64,000 nucleotides of DNA from an uncultured delta proteobacterium. GTDB taxonomy: Bacteria; Desulfobacterota; Binatia; HRBIN30; BPIQ01. The position numbers and the translations under genes are program-made. Under the pieces are notes generated by a model, which saw nothing but the letters and a program-made list of their open reading frames with translations, ran no database searches and was not told where the DNA came from. Shown one piece after another: positions 32,163-45,359 of the stretch. The stretch covers positions 96,001 to 160,000 of the forward strand of contig CAVXGR010000012.1 of assembly GCA_963761335.1 (NCBI GenBank), written 5' to 3'. Within the stretch, counting starts at the first letter, position 1, and each line of letters begins with the position of its first letter.

Positions 32163-33292
32163 CAGTCCACCGCCATCGGCAGGCTCAGCGTCATCACCGC
32201 GCCGCCGCCCGGGCGGTTCGCGGCGCGCAGGTTGCCGCCGTGTGCGGAGACGATCTGCTGCGAGATCGGCAGGCCGAGACCCGTGCCGCGACGCTTGGTC
32301 GTGTAGAAGGGATCGAAGATGTGTGCCAGCTGCTCCTCCGGAATGCCCGGCCCGTCATCGGCGATCTCCAGGCGCATGAGCTTGGCGCTGCCGTGGCGGG
32401 CGCTGACGATGTGGAAGTCGGTTTCGATGCGCGTCACCAGCTTCAGGGTACCGCGGCCGGCCATGGCATCATAGGCGTTGCCGATGAGGTTGAGCAGCAC
32501 CTGCTTCAGCTGCTGCTCATCGGCCCGCACCGGCGGCAGGCTCGGATCGAACTCGCAGCGCACGGAGATACCCTTCGCCGAGGGCATCTCGCTGGCAAGA
32601 AGCAGGACCTCGGAGATCAGCCGGTGGATGTTGAGCGCCGCGAAGCTGGGCGGTGCGGGCGCTCCGAGCGTGAGCAGATGCTCGACCAGACGGCTCAGTC
32701 GGTCGGCCTCGCGAATCATCACGTCGGTGTACTCGCGAATGGACGGCTCCTCGGAGAAATCGCGCTGCAGAAGCTGCGCGGCGCCCTTGATGCCGCCCAG
32801 CGGGTTCTTGATCTCGTGCGCCAGGCCGGCAGTGACCGCGCCGAGCTGGGCCAGGCGCTCCGAGCGATGCACTCCCTCCTCGAGGGCGCGCTGGTGGCTG
32901 AGGTCGTGCAGCACCAGCACCGTCCCCTGCGGGGTGCTCTCGCGGTCGAGAAGCGGCGAGGTGGTGACCCGCATGGGCACGGCGCGATCCGCCTTCACCA
33001 CCGTCTCGGCCGTCTGCGTCTGGGCGCCGGTCCGGGCGCTGGTGCGTTCGATGAGCGAGACGATGACGGGGCTGTCGCGAAATACCTGGCGAAAGTTGCG
33101 CTCGACGATCTGCGCCTGCGCCAGACCGAGAAGCTGCTCGGCCGCCGGGTTGCAGGTCACCACCGCACCGTCGCGACCGATGAGCAGCACGGCATCGGCG
33201 AGGTTGTCGAGCACTTCCTCCCACGGGACCATGGGAAAGTGTCCGACCTCCACTTCCGGGTGATGGTTCTTCTTCCGTCGGGCAAAAGCCAT
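32162..33292 (-). CDS. NtrB-like PAS histidine kinase
   Basis: PAS, LAHEIKNPLGGIKGAAQLL, DDGPGI, FYTTK..GTGLGL. Confidence 0.92.
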   Translation of the reverse strand: MAFARRKKNHHPEVEVGHFPMVPWEEVLDNLADAVLLIGRDGAVVTCNPAAEQLLGLAQAQIVERNFRQVFRDSPVIVSLIERTSARTGAQTQTAETVVKADRAVPMRVTTSPLLDRESTPQGTVLVLHDLSHQRALEEGVHRSERLAQLGAVTAGLAHEIKNPLGGIKGAAQLLQRDFSEEPSIREYTDVMIREADRLSRLVEHLLTLGAPAPPSFAALNIHRLISEVLLLASEMPSAKGISVRCEFDPSLPPVRADEQQLKQVLLNLIGNAYDAMAGRGTLKLVTRIETDFHIVSARHGSAKLMRLEIADDGPGIPEEQLAHIFDPFYTTKRRGTGLGLPISQQIVSAHGGNLRAANRPGGGAVMTLSLPMAVD

Positions 33293-33318
33293 GAGCTAAG
33301 CGGGCCTGGGTCCAAGGC

Positions 33319-33347
33319 TTTATATCGGTCCGGACGCACTGCGGCAA
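33319..33347 (-). promoter_or_regulatory. sigma70-type promoter
   Basis: TTGCCG-N17-TATAAA upstream of the NtrB-like gene. Confidence 0.55.
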
Positions 33348-33363
33348 CGCGCCGCAGCATGGC

Positions 33364-34112
33364 TCAGCGGAAAAGGTCCGCCGCCGGGGGCCGGATCAAC
33401 GCCCCGCCACCGGCGCCATCGTCGGTGAAGGCATAGCCGCGCACGATCACGGCCGGGATGCCGCTGCCTTTGCGCATCAGCAATCCGGCCGCCGCCGCCA
33501 GGGCGTCCGCCTGCGCCACCACCGTGTGGTACAGCTCGCGGCCGTTGAGATCGGTCTCGCCGCGCAGATCGAGAAGGGGGGACATGCCGGAGATTCCGAG
33601 GGCGACCTCCACCAGACCCTCCCGCCAGGGCCGCCCGAAGGTGTCCGTGACCAATACGGCGATCCGGCAGTCGGTCTCCCGCAGCAGCCGCTCGCGCAGG
33701 GCGCGTGCCGAGGCGTCGGGGTCCTCGGGCAGAAGCACGACACTCTCGCCGTCGACGCCATTGGACTCGTCGACCCCGGCGTTGGCGCAGACCCAGCCGC
33801 GCCCGGTCTCGACGATCAGATGGCCGCGGTCCATCTTCACGATCCGCTGCGTCTGCCGCAGGATCACCTCGACGATGCGGGGGTCCTTGTTCGCTTCCGC
33901 GGCGATGCGCTCCGCAAATGGCGAGGGCGTGACCTCCGTATAGCGCACAACGCGTCCCTCGGCCTTGGAGACCACCTTCTGACAAACCACCAGGATGTCG
34001 CCACCCGCAAGGCCGCACTCGCTGGCACGCAGCGCCGCCAGCAGCAGGGCGCCCAGGTCGTCGCCGGGGTGCACCCCGGGAACGCCGTGCAGGGGAAAGA
34101 GCCGGAGTCCGC

Positions 34113-34116
<4 letters not shown>
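33364..34116 (-). CDS. cofE: Coenzyme F420-0:L-glutamate ligase (single domain)
   Basis: QKVVSKAEGR, CANAGVDESN, LPEDPDASA, DTFGRPWREG, DLRG. Confidence 0.93.
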
Positions 34117-35057
<941 letters not shown>

Positions 35058-36212
35058 CCGCGGTGATGTGCGCATAGGTCGTCGTCCGCTGCACCGGCAC
35101 TCGGCCGATCTCGGTGATCAGGTCCCGGATGGATGTCTCCGGAAGGTACTCGCCGGCATCCGCACCGGCAGACTTGGAAATCTGCTCCTCCATCAGCGTG
35201 CCGCCGAAGTCGTTGCAGCCGGCGAGCAGGCTCAGCTGCGCCAGCTTGAGGCCGAGCTTTACCCACGAGGTCTGGATGTTGTCGATGAGGCCCCGCAGCA
35301 TGAGCCGGCTGACCGCGTAGACCCGCATGTCGACCAGGCCCTTGGGCGGCGGGTTCACCAGGCCCTTCTGATAGAGAGCCGTGTAGGTGTGGATGAAGCG
35401 CAGCGGCACGAACTCGGTGAAGCCGCCGGTGTCGCGCTGGATCGAGCGCAGCAGGTCGATGTGGCGGGCGACGTGCTCCGGCGTCTCCACGTGGCCGTAC
35501 ATGACCGTCGAGGTGGTGGGGATGCCGACCCGGTGCGCCGTGGTGATGATCTCCACCCAGGTGCGCACGTCGACCTTCTTGTGGCTCAGCACCTCCCGCA
35601 CCTCGTCGTCGAGAATCTCGGCGGCGGTTCCCGGAATGGTGTCGAGCCCGGCCTCCTTCAGCATGGTCAGATAGTCGCGGTAGCTCATGCCGGTGCGCCG
35701 CGAGCCGTACATGATCTCCATGGGAGAGAAGGCGTGCACATGCAGGCGCGGGTAGCGCGACTTGATCGCCAGCAGCAGGTCGCGGTAGCCGAAGGCCTCG
35801 GTCTCGGGGTTGATTCCGCCCTGCATGCAGACCTCGGTGGCGCCCCGATCGATGGCGTCCTGCACCTTGGAGAGCAGCTCGGCCTCGCTGTCGGTGCGCG
35901 CGTCGGGATCCTTGCGATGGCGGGCGAAGGCGCAGAACTGACAACCCACGAAGCAGACGTTGGTGAAATTGATGTTGCGGTTCACGACGTAGGTCACCAC
36001 CGGCCCGACGTCGGCGGCGCGCACGGCATCGGCGGCGCGCAGCAGGGCCGCCAGAGAATCGCCCTCCAAGCGCAGCAGGTGGGCTCCCTCTTCGGCCGAC
36101 GGCGGCGTGCCGCCGAGGCTGCGCTCGAGGATGCCGGCGGTGCGGGAGTCGGCGGCGGCAATCAGCTCTTCGAGCGAGCGGGTATCGAGAAGCATGGCAC
36201 GTACGGCGGTGC

Positions 36213-37415
36213 TCATAGCGTCACTCCTCTCTCCGCGGCGATGCGGCGCACCGCGGAGCGAATTTCCGGCCCGAGAAAGCCCGGGCGGTCCACGTATTCG
36301 GCGTACACCGGCAGCCGCGGCTGCAGGCTGTAGCCGGCGTCTCGGCAGGTCTCGGCGAGGACGGCGAGCAGCGGCCAGCGCGCCTCCGGGTTGACGTAAT
36401 CGGAGGTCACCGGCGAGATGCCCCCCCAGTCGTTGATGCCGGCGGCCAGCAGCAAGCTGTGGTCGCGGGGATTCAGGTTCGGCGGCGCCTGCACGTTCAT
36501 CTCGCGCAACATCAGGCGGGCGACGGCCACGGTGCGCGCCACGTCGGCGCTCTCCGGCTCGTCGGCCGCGGCCATCCGCGTCTCCGGCTTGGCGCGGAAG
36601 TTCTGGATGATGACTTCCTGGATGTGGCCGTATCCGGCGTGCAGCGAGCGAATCGCCTCCAGACTCTCGGCGCGCTCGCGCAAGGTCTCTCCGATGCCGA
36701 TGAGGATGCCGGTGGTGAAGGGGATGCGCAGCTCGCCGGCCTCGCGCATCATCCGGAGGCGCAGCTCCGGATCCTTGTCGGGGGCATTGCGGTGCGCCCC
36801 GCCGCGGCGCCGCAAGCGGGGGCTGGCGCTCTCCAGCATCAGCCCCATGCTGGCGTTGGTCGGCTTCAGCTGCTGCATCTGCGCGCCGCTCATCAGGCCG
36901 GCGTTGGTGTGCGGCAGCAGGCCCTCGCGCAAGGCAATCTCGCAGGCCTGCGCCACGTAGTCGATGGTGGTGGCGTGACCGAGGACCCGGAGGGTTGCGC
37001 GATAGCTGGCGAAGACCGCCTCCGGCTTGTCCCCGAGGCACATGAGCGCCTCGATGCAGCCGCGCTCGCGCCCGCGCCGGCTCCAGTCGGCGACCTCCTC
37101 CGGAAGCATCGTCCAGGCGCCGGCATCTCCCGGGTCCTTGCGGAAGGTGCAGTACGAGCAGAAGTCGCGGCAGAGATTGGTGACCGGCAGGAAGACCTTC
37201 GGCGAGTAGGTGATCGTCCGACCCTTGAGCTGGTCGCGCACCCGCCCGGCGACGGCCAGCAGCTCAGCGAGCTCGGGCCCCTCGGCGGCGAGCATCGCCA
37301 CGGCGTCGTCGACCGTCAGGGGCCGCCCGTCGAGAGCGAGCTGCAGGGTCTCGGCAGCCGCCGAGCGTAAGCCCTGACTCCGGCGGGATAAGGAGACATC
37401 GGTTTGCGTCCGCAT
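36213..37415 (-). CDS. cofG: FO synthase subunit 1 (radical SAM)
   Basis: ITYSPKVFLPVTNLCRDFCSYCTF, LPHTNAG, PDKDP, FTTGILIGIGE, QAPPNL, GINDWGGISP. Confidence 0.94.
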   Translation of the reverse strand: MRTQTDVSLSRRSQGLRSAAAETLQLALDGRPLTVDDAVAMLAAEGPELAELLAVAGRVRDQLKGRTITYSPKVFLPVTNLCRDFCSYCTFRKDPGDAGAWTMLPEEVADWSRRGRERGCIEALMCLGDKPEAVFASYRATLRVLGHATTIDYVAQACEIALREGLLPHTNAGLMSGAQMQQLKPTNASMGLMLESASPRLRRRGGAHRNAPDKDPELRLRMMREAGELRIPFTTGILIGIGETLRERAESLEAIRSLHAGYGHIQEVIIQNFRAKPETRMAAADEPESADVARTVAVARLMLREMNVQAPPNLNPRDHSLLLAAGINDWGGISPVTSDYVNPEARWPLLAVLAETCRDAGYSLQPRLPVYAEYVDRPGFLGPEIRSAVRRIAAERGVTL

Positions 37416-37439
37416 TGCTCCTCGCGCGGGAACGCCGCC

Positions 37440-37468
37440 CTTATAGGAAAGGGCCCTCGACCAGTCAA
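37440..37468 (-). promoter_or_regulatory. sigma70-type promoter of the cofGHDE operon
   Basis: TTGACT-N17-TATAAG, then GAGGAG SD and ATG at 37415. Confidence 0.7.
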
Positions 37469-37509
37469 CTCGGTGAAATCGCCGTGTGAAATCGCCGCTG
37501 TGCCGGTGC

Positions 37510-38277
37510 TCAGCGCCAGCCGTGCGGGCTCGCCGACGAGAGCCTGCCGTCGCCGTCGCCGGCGATCTCGAGTCGGAAGACGCGCCGGACCCGCAGGGTC
37601 AGCAGGCCGTCGTCACCTCGGTTCTGCTCGAGAAATCCGAGGATCCGCTCGGCCTCTTCGGCGTCGAAGATCTCGCCGCAGCGCTGGCGCAGAGCGGCGT
37701 AGATTTCTTGCGGCATTCGCGCGATGCTCACCTGCGGGTCGTCGGTGGCATCGAAGACGACGCACAGCGACTCCGGGTCGAGGTCGCGTAGCAGCGCGGT
37801 GAGCTCTTCGAGCAGGCGTTCCACCTTCGAGGGGCGCAGGGCGTGCGGAAAGAAGTGGGCGTCGACAGCGCGGCGCAGGAGCGCGTCCTCCGCCTCGACG
37901 ACGGCTTGCCCCGGGCGCAGGCGCCCGTGGATCAAGGTGCGGACCAGCGGCTCCTCGATCGACTCTCGAGCTGAGCGGATCACGCACACCTGGTGCCCGT
38001 CGGTGACCTCGACATAACGGGTGCCGAGAGGATCCCACAGGGGGCGGTCCGACAGGTAGGCCTCTCCCAAGCGGGTGAAGATCTCCAGGGCGTGGCCGGC
38101 ATGCGCCGTCAGCAGCAGCAAGCTCGGCGACGGCTCGCCGGGCTCGGACGGCGGCTCGGGATAGATCTGCTCCGCTGCCAGACAGGTCCGACAGGCGAGA
38201 AAGCGCTCCGGCGGCCGAAAGGCACCGCCCACCGAGATGAGCTGAGGGGGGAGTGCGTGCGTCGCGGCCATAATCAC
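37510..38277 (-). CDS. Hypothetical protein with CxxC...HxxH motif
   Basis: 255-aa ORF coupled to the upstream kinase; ACRTC...HAGH. Confidence 0.7.
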   Translation of the reverse strand: MIMAATHALPPQLISVGGAFRPPERFLACRTCLAAEQIYPEPPSEPGEPSPSLLLLTAHAGHALEIFTRLGEAYLSDRPLWDPLGTRYVEVTDGHQVCVIRSARESIEEPLVRTLIHGRLRPGQAVVEAEDALLRRAVDAHFFPHALRPSKVERLLEELTALLRDLDPESLCVVFDATDDPQVSIARMPQEIYAALRQRCGEIFDAEEAERILGFLEQNRGDDGLLTLRVRRVFRLEIAGDGDGRLSSASPHGWR

Positions 38278-39392
38278 ATGTAGGAGGCGGAGGAGGCGGA
38301 GCCGTTGGCGCTGCGGGCGCGCGCCTGCGGCAGCGAGATGACCACGTCGGTCCCCGTTCCCTGCCGCGTCTGCACGTGCAGCTCGCCACCGAGGAAATGG
38401 ACCAGGCGGGTCGCCATGCGCAGCCCGAGGCCGATGCCGCGATAGCGGCGGGTATTCGAGGGATCCCCCTGGGCCAGCCCCTCCAGTGCCTGCAGCATCT
38501 CCTCGTCGGCCATGCCGATGCCGGTGTCGGCGACGTGCAGCTCGATGGTGTCACCACCCGGCCCCGGCTGGGCCGAGACGGTGACGCGGCCGCTCGGCGT
38601 GAACTTGATGGCGTTGTCGATGAGCGCCCAGAGGACGCGCTCGATCTTGAGCTCGTCGCTGACCACGAAGATCTCGCCGTGCTCGTTCACCGCCTCGATC
38701 ACCAGGTTCTTCTCCAGCGCGGCGCTCTCGAAGCGGCGCACGGCACTGCGCACGACTTCCGAGACATTGAAGGGCTGCAGCGACAGGAGCAGCTCACCGG
38801 CGTCGAGGGAGTTGAGGAGGAGAACCCCCTCGATGAGGTTCAGGAGCTCGTGCGAGTTGGCCTGGATGCGATCGAGGGCGATGCGCTGATCGCTGCTCAC
38901 GTGGCGCTGCAGCTCCTCGGAGAGAATGGCGCTGTAGCCGATGATGGCGCTCAGCGGGGTGCGCAGCTCGTGCGACAGATTGGCGAGGAAATCCTCCTTC
39001 ATCTGCCGCAGGCGCTGCGTGGTGCGCCTCTGGGCGACGGCGCGGCGGACGATGTCGGAGATCTCGGACACGTCAAACGGCTTCGAGATGTAGTCGAAGG
39101 CGCGAAAGCGCAGGCCGCGGATGGCCGTGTCCAGGGAGCTGTAGCCGGTGACGATCACGATCTCGATATCGGGATCATGTCGTTTGATATGCTCCATGAC
39201 TTCCATGCCCGACATCCCGGGCATCTTCAGGTCGAGCGTCACCACGTCGATCGCCTGCTCGCGGATGAGCTCCAGCGCCTGCGGGCCTCCAGCCGCGGTG
39301 TAGACGTGGTACGACGGCTTGAAGATCATGCGCAGCGATTCCATCGGTCCGCGCTCGTCGTCGACGATGAGAAGATTCGGCTGTTCCTGCAT
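38274..39392 (-). CDS. REC-HisKA-HATPase hybrid histidine kinase
   Basis: IVDDE..LDLKMPG..KPF; LSHELRTPL, NAIKFT, DTGIGM, GIGLGL. Confidence 0.92.
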   Translation of the reverse strand: MQEQPNLLIVDDERGPMESLRMIFKPSYHVYTAAGGPQALELIREQAIDVVTLDLKMPGMSGMEVMEHIKRHDPDIEIVIVTGYSSLDTAIRGLRFRAFDYISKPFDVSEISDIVRRAVAQRRTTQRLRQMKEDFLANLSHELRTPLSAIIGYSAILSEELQRHVSSDQRIALDRIQANSHELLNLIEGVLLLNSLDAGELLLSLQPFNVSEVVRSAVRRFESAALEKNLVIEAVNEHGEIFVVSDELKIERVLWALIDNAIKFTPSGRVTVSAQPGPGGDTIELHVADTGIGMADEEMLQALEGLAQGDPSNTRRYRGIGLGLRMATRLVHFLGGELHVQTRQGTGTDVVISLPQARARSANGSASSASYM

Positions 39393-39423
39393 TCGGCACA
39401 CCTCTCGTTCCGCGCTCTGGCTG

Positions 39424-39439
39424 AGCACGGGGCATGCCA
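39424..39439 (-). promoter_or_regulatory. sigma54 -24/-12 promoter
   Basis: TGGCATGCCCCGTGCT, exact spacing; near-identical to the 25058 site. Confidence 0.65.
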
Positions 39440-39691
39440 GACGAATGGCGTTGTGCGACGGAACCGCCGCTCGCGGACGTACAAGAATGACCGATCGGAA
39501 ATGTACTTCTCCGAGGAGACGGAGAGCCGACGAGAAGCCCGCTTGTGACGATTCTGTCGCACCCCTGACGACCGCCGCCGGCTTGGCTGCAGCGTGGGTT
39601 CAACAGTTATCGGGTTGGCGAGCTACCGAGTTGCTCGGGCCGGCGGCGGCTCGTTCACAACGCCTCGGAGGGCAGGCACAGTCGAGCCGCC

Positions 39692-41057
<1,366 letters not shown>

Positions 41058-41086
<29 letters not shown>

Positions 41087-42830
41087 CCCCCTCGACCCCC
41101 TCCGCAACTCCTGGCAGCTCGATTCTCACCCGCGCCGGCGACGTCGCCGTCTCGACGCTGAGCTGGCCGCCATTGCGTTCCACCAGTGTCTTTGCAAAGG
41201 CGAACCCCAATGGCAAGGCGCGGCTGCTGTCGCCGTGGGTGGTCACCAGCGCCGCCAGCTTGTGAGCGATGCTGCGCGCCGCCGCCGGGTACTCGATCGT
41301 CAGTGTGCCCGGGGACGGAGCGCGCACGCTGAGGAAGTCTCCGGTGCTCAGATCGCGCACGATGCTCTGCAGAAGGTTGCGCAGAGCATAGCTCAGCTGG
41401 CCCGGATCCACCAGCACCTCGCCGGCGGCCGCTTCGACCTCGACGGCGATCTGCTTCTCGGCGAGGACGGAGTCGAGCGCCTCGAGGGCGGTGCCCACCA
41501 GCGCCGAGGTCGGCGTCGGCTGGCGGTTGGGCTCCTCGAAGCGGGTGAACTGTACCAGGTTCTCGAGAGCCCCGTCGATGCGCTCGATGGCTTCGCCGGT
41601 CAGCCGCGCCATCTCGACGTCGTCGCCGGGGCGAACCTGGTCGAGCTGCTGGGTGAAGGTCTTGATGGTAACCAGCGGGTTTTTGAACTCGTGCGCCAGC
41701 TCGTTGATGATCAAATCGACAGTGGCGCCGTTCGCCGGCGGCGGCGCCGTCGGGCGCGCCCTCACCTCGGCGGCGGTCTTCTGCGGAGCCAGACGTCGCA
41801 CCACCGGTCCGTAGCCGAACAGCAAGTCCTCGGTATCGAGCGTGCTGTCGGGAGCGAAGGCGATCGAGCGGGCAATGACCGCCTCGAGCTCGGCGAGGTT
41901 CCCGAACCAGAGATAGCGGCTGAGGCGCTCGAGTCCGGCGGCGGTGAAGGACACCGGGGCCATCCCCAGGGAGGCGCACAGGCCCTGGCTGACCGCCCGC
42001 ACCAGATCGGGGATGTCGGCGGCGCGCTGGCGCAGCGGCGGCACGTGCAGGGAGAGGACGTTCAGCCGGTAGAAGAGCTCGCGCCCGAGGCGTCCCTGGC
42101 GCAGCAGCTCCTCAGCCGGGCAGGTGGCGATGGCGACGACGCGCAGCGGCAGGAGCCTGCCCGCGGGGTCGGCGATGGCGCGTCCCTCGAGAATCTCGAC
42201 GAGGAAGCTCTGCCCGCGGGGATCGATCTCGTCGGCGGCCGCCAGTAGCAGGGTGACCTCGCTGCCCGCCGGCAGCCCCGCCGGAGGTAGGTCCAGGCGG
42301 CGCTCGCGCAGGTCGGCGGCGCCGGCCGACAGGAGGTAGGCACCTCCCCGCTGTGCGTGCAGCGCCCGCGCCAGCCGCTCCTTGCCGGTTCCCGCCTCCC
42401 CGGAGATGAGCAGCGGCAGCGGCGAGGCGGCAGCGCGGGCCGCGACCGGCACCATCTCCTTCGGCAGGTAGGGGTAATCAAGAGTCGAGGGCGACAGCCC
42501 GGGGACGGCGCGGGACTGGGGCTCGAGAAGATCGCCGGCGGCGTCGCGCAGGGAGAGCGCCTCGAAATGAGCCGGCAGCTCGAGCTGGCGAGGCGCCGGC
42601 GGCGCCGCCGCGGGCGCCGCGCCGATCCAGAGAAGAGCGGGAATCCCCTGAGGCAGGGCGGCAGACCGCATCGCCGCCGCCTCCACCAGCACCAGGGAAA
42701 CATCGGCGTCGACGCGCTCCGGGGGGCTCTCGGCGGACGCGAATTGCACCCGGAAGCGGTCGGCGAGCAGGATCTGGACCGTTTCGCGAAGCTCCGGTGA
42801 ATCGCTTATCAACAACGCCTTGGAAAGCAC
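41058..42830 (-). CDS. Fusion of degenerate REC, bEBP-type AAA+ (no GAFTGA), HisKA and degenerate HATPase
   Basis: GEAGTGKE, AADEI, LFYRLNV..VPPLRQR, WFGNLAELE, ELAHEFKNPL, LPLGFAFAK..ERNGG; start uncertain (42830/42878). Confidence 0.8.
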
Positions 42831-42963
42831 CGAATCTCTCCTGAAATCCCCACCCGTCGCGACCCACCGTCGCACCACGGCAAGTTGATCTCTGGTTGTA
42901 CTGCGGGATAAACTGAAGAGTCAACGCAGAAATCCCCCGCAGTCACAGCAATCCGGCGGGGAA

Positions 42964-42979
42964 TGGCCTTTGCTGTGCA
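42964..42979 (+). promoter_or_regulatory. Possible sigma54 promoter in the divergent intergenic region
   Basis: TGGCCTTTGCTGTGCA with GG-N10-GC spacing. Confidence 0.35.
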
Positions 42980-43277
42980 AAGTCGCGATGCAGGTGAAAT
43001 CGCCGCGAGGCAAGATTGCAAGTAGGGGCTCCGGCGACACAAATTGTTCTTGAAAAAGTTTCAGCGCGCATGGTAGGCCTATCGCTTGCGAACCGGCCCG
43101 GAAGGACGGTTTCCCTACCGCTCGGGCGGAGGGAAACGGTGTCCGTGTCGTTTCCGTGGTTCCGCTTGAAAAAATTGAAAGAATGCTGGAGAAGCTCGCG
43201 GCGATTGGGGAAGGTCGTACCGGGGGACAGCGCGCAGCACAGGTGTTGTGCCAGGAGCACCATAGGCGAGGCCGGAT

Positions 43278-43897
43278 TTGCAAACACAACAGACGACGAG
43301 TGAAGCGACAGCACTGGTGGGCGTGCGGCCCGAGGTGATTGCCGAGGTGGAGCACGCCTTTGGCAACCTCTTTCACCGCCTGCACTACAGCGCGCGCAAG
43401 CTGGCGAGCAGTGGGGTCGAGGAGGCGTCCGCCTTCGACGAGGCCATCGCCGAGCTGGAGGATTTCCTGCGCCTCCTGCTCGACTACACCTCGCCGCTGG
43501 CGGTGGAGCCGCGCGGCATTGCTGCAACCGCGGTGATCGGCAGCCTGAGGTCGGCGCTGGTGGGGCGCGCCGAGCAGCTGCCGCCGGCGATGGCCGAGTG
43601 CCAGACCTCGGTCGATCCGGGGCGCCTGAGCGACGCCTTTCAATTGATGGGATACTGCCTGGGCGAGAGCCGCGAGCGGCAGCTCGAGGTCGACGCCGAC
43701 GACGAGGCCGAGGGCGGTCCCTGGCTGGCCATCTCCGCCGCCGAGCCCCGGCGTGACGTCATCGCCGGGGGGCGCCGGCTGCTGGCCTGGGCGGTGGCGC
43801 AGAAGCTGGTCGAAGCCCAGGGCGGCGAGCTCGACGGCAGAGCGGAGGCGAGCGGCCTGCGGTGGACCTTGCGTTTGCCGCTGACGCGCGAGAGCGG

Positions 43898-43901
<4 letters not shown>
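43278..43901 (+). CDS. Small degenerate histidine-kinase-like protein (ChpT-like phosphotransferase candidate)
   Basis: H-box-like AEVEHAFGNL, VDPGRL, AVAQKLVEAQGG..LRLPL; no N/G1/G2 boxes; ATGA coupling to bEBP; start uncertain. Confidence 0.65.
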
Positions 43902-45301
<1,400 letters not shown>

Positions 45302-45359
45302 ACGATGGACGAAGCTCCGATGCGATTGGCGAAGCTCCTTGCCCCCTGGATGGCCTGAG

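Noticed and set aside
45327..45342. TGGCGAAGCTCCTTGC as a sigma54 promoter for the ExeA gene; also TGGCACAACACCTGT near 43238-43252 (minus)
   Set aside because: GG-to-GC spacing is off by one, or the -12 GC is absent
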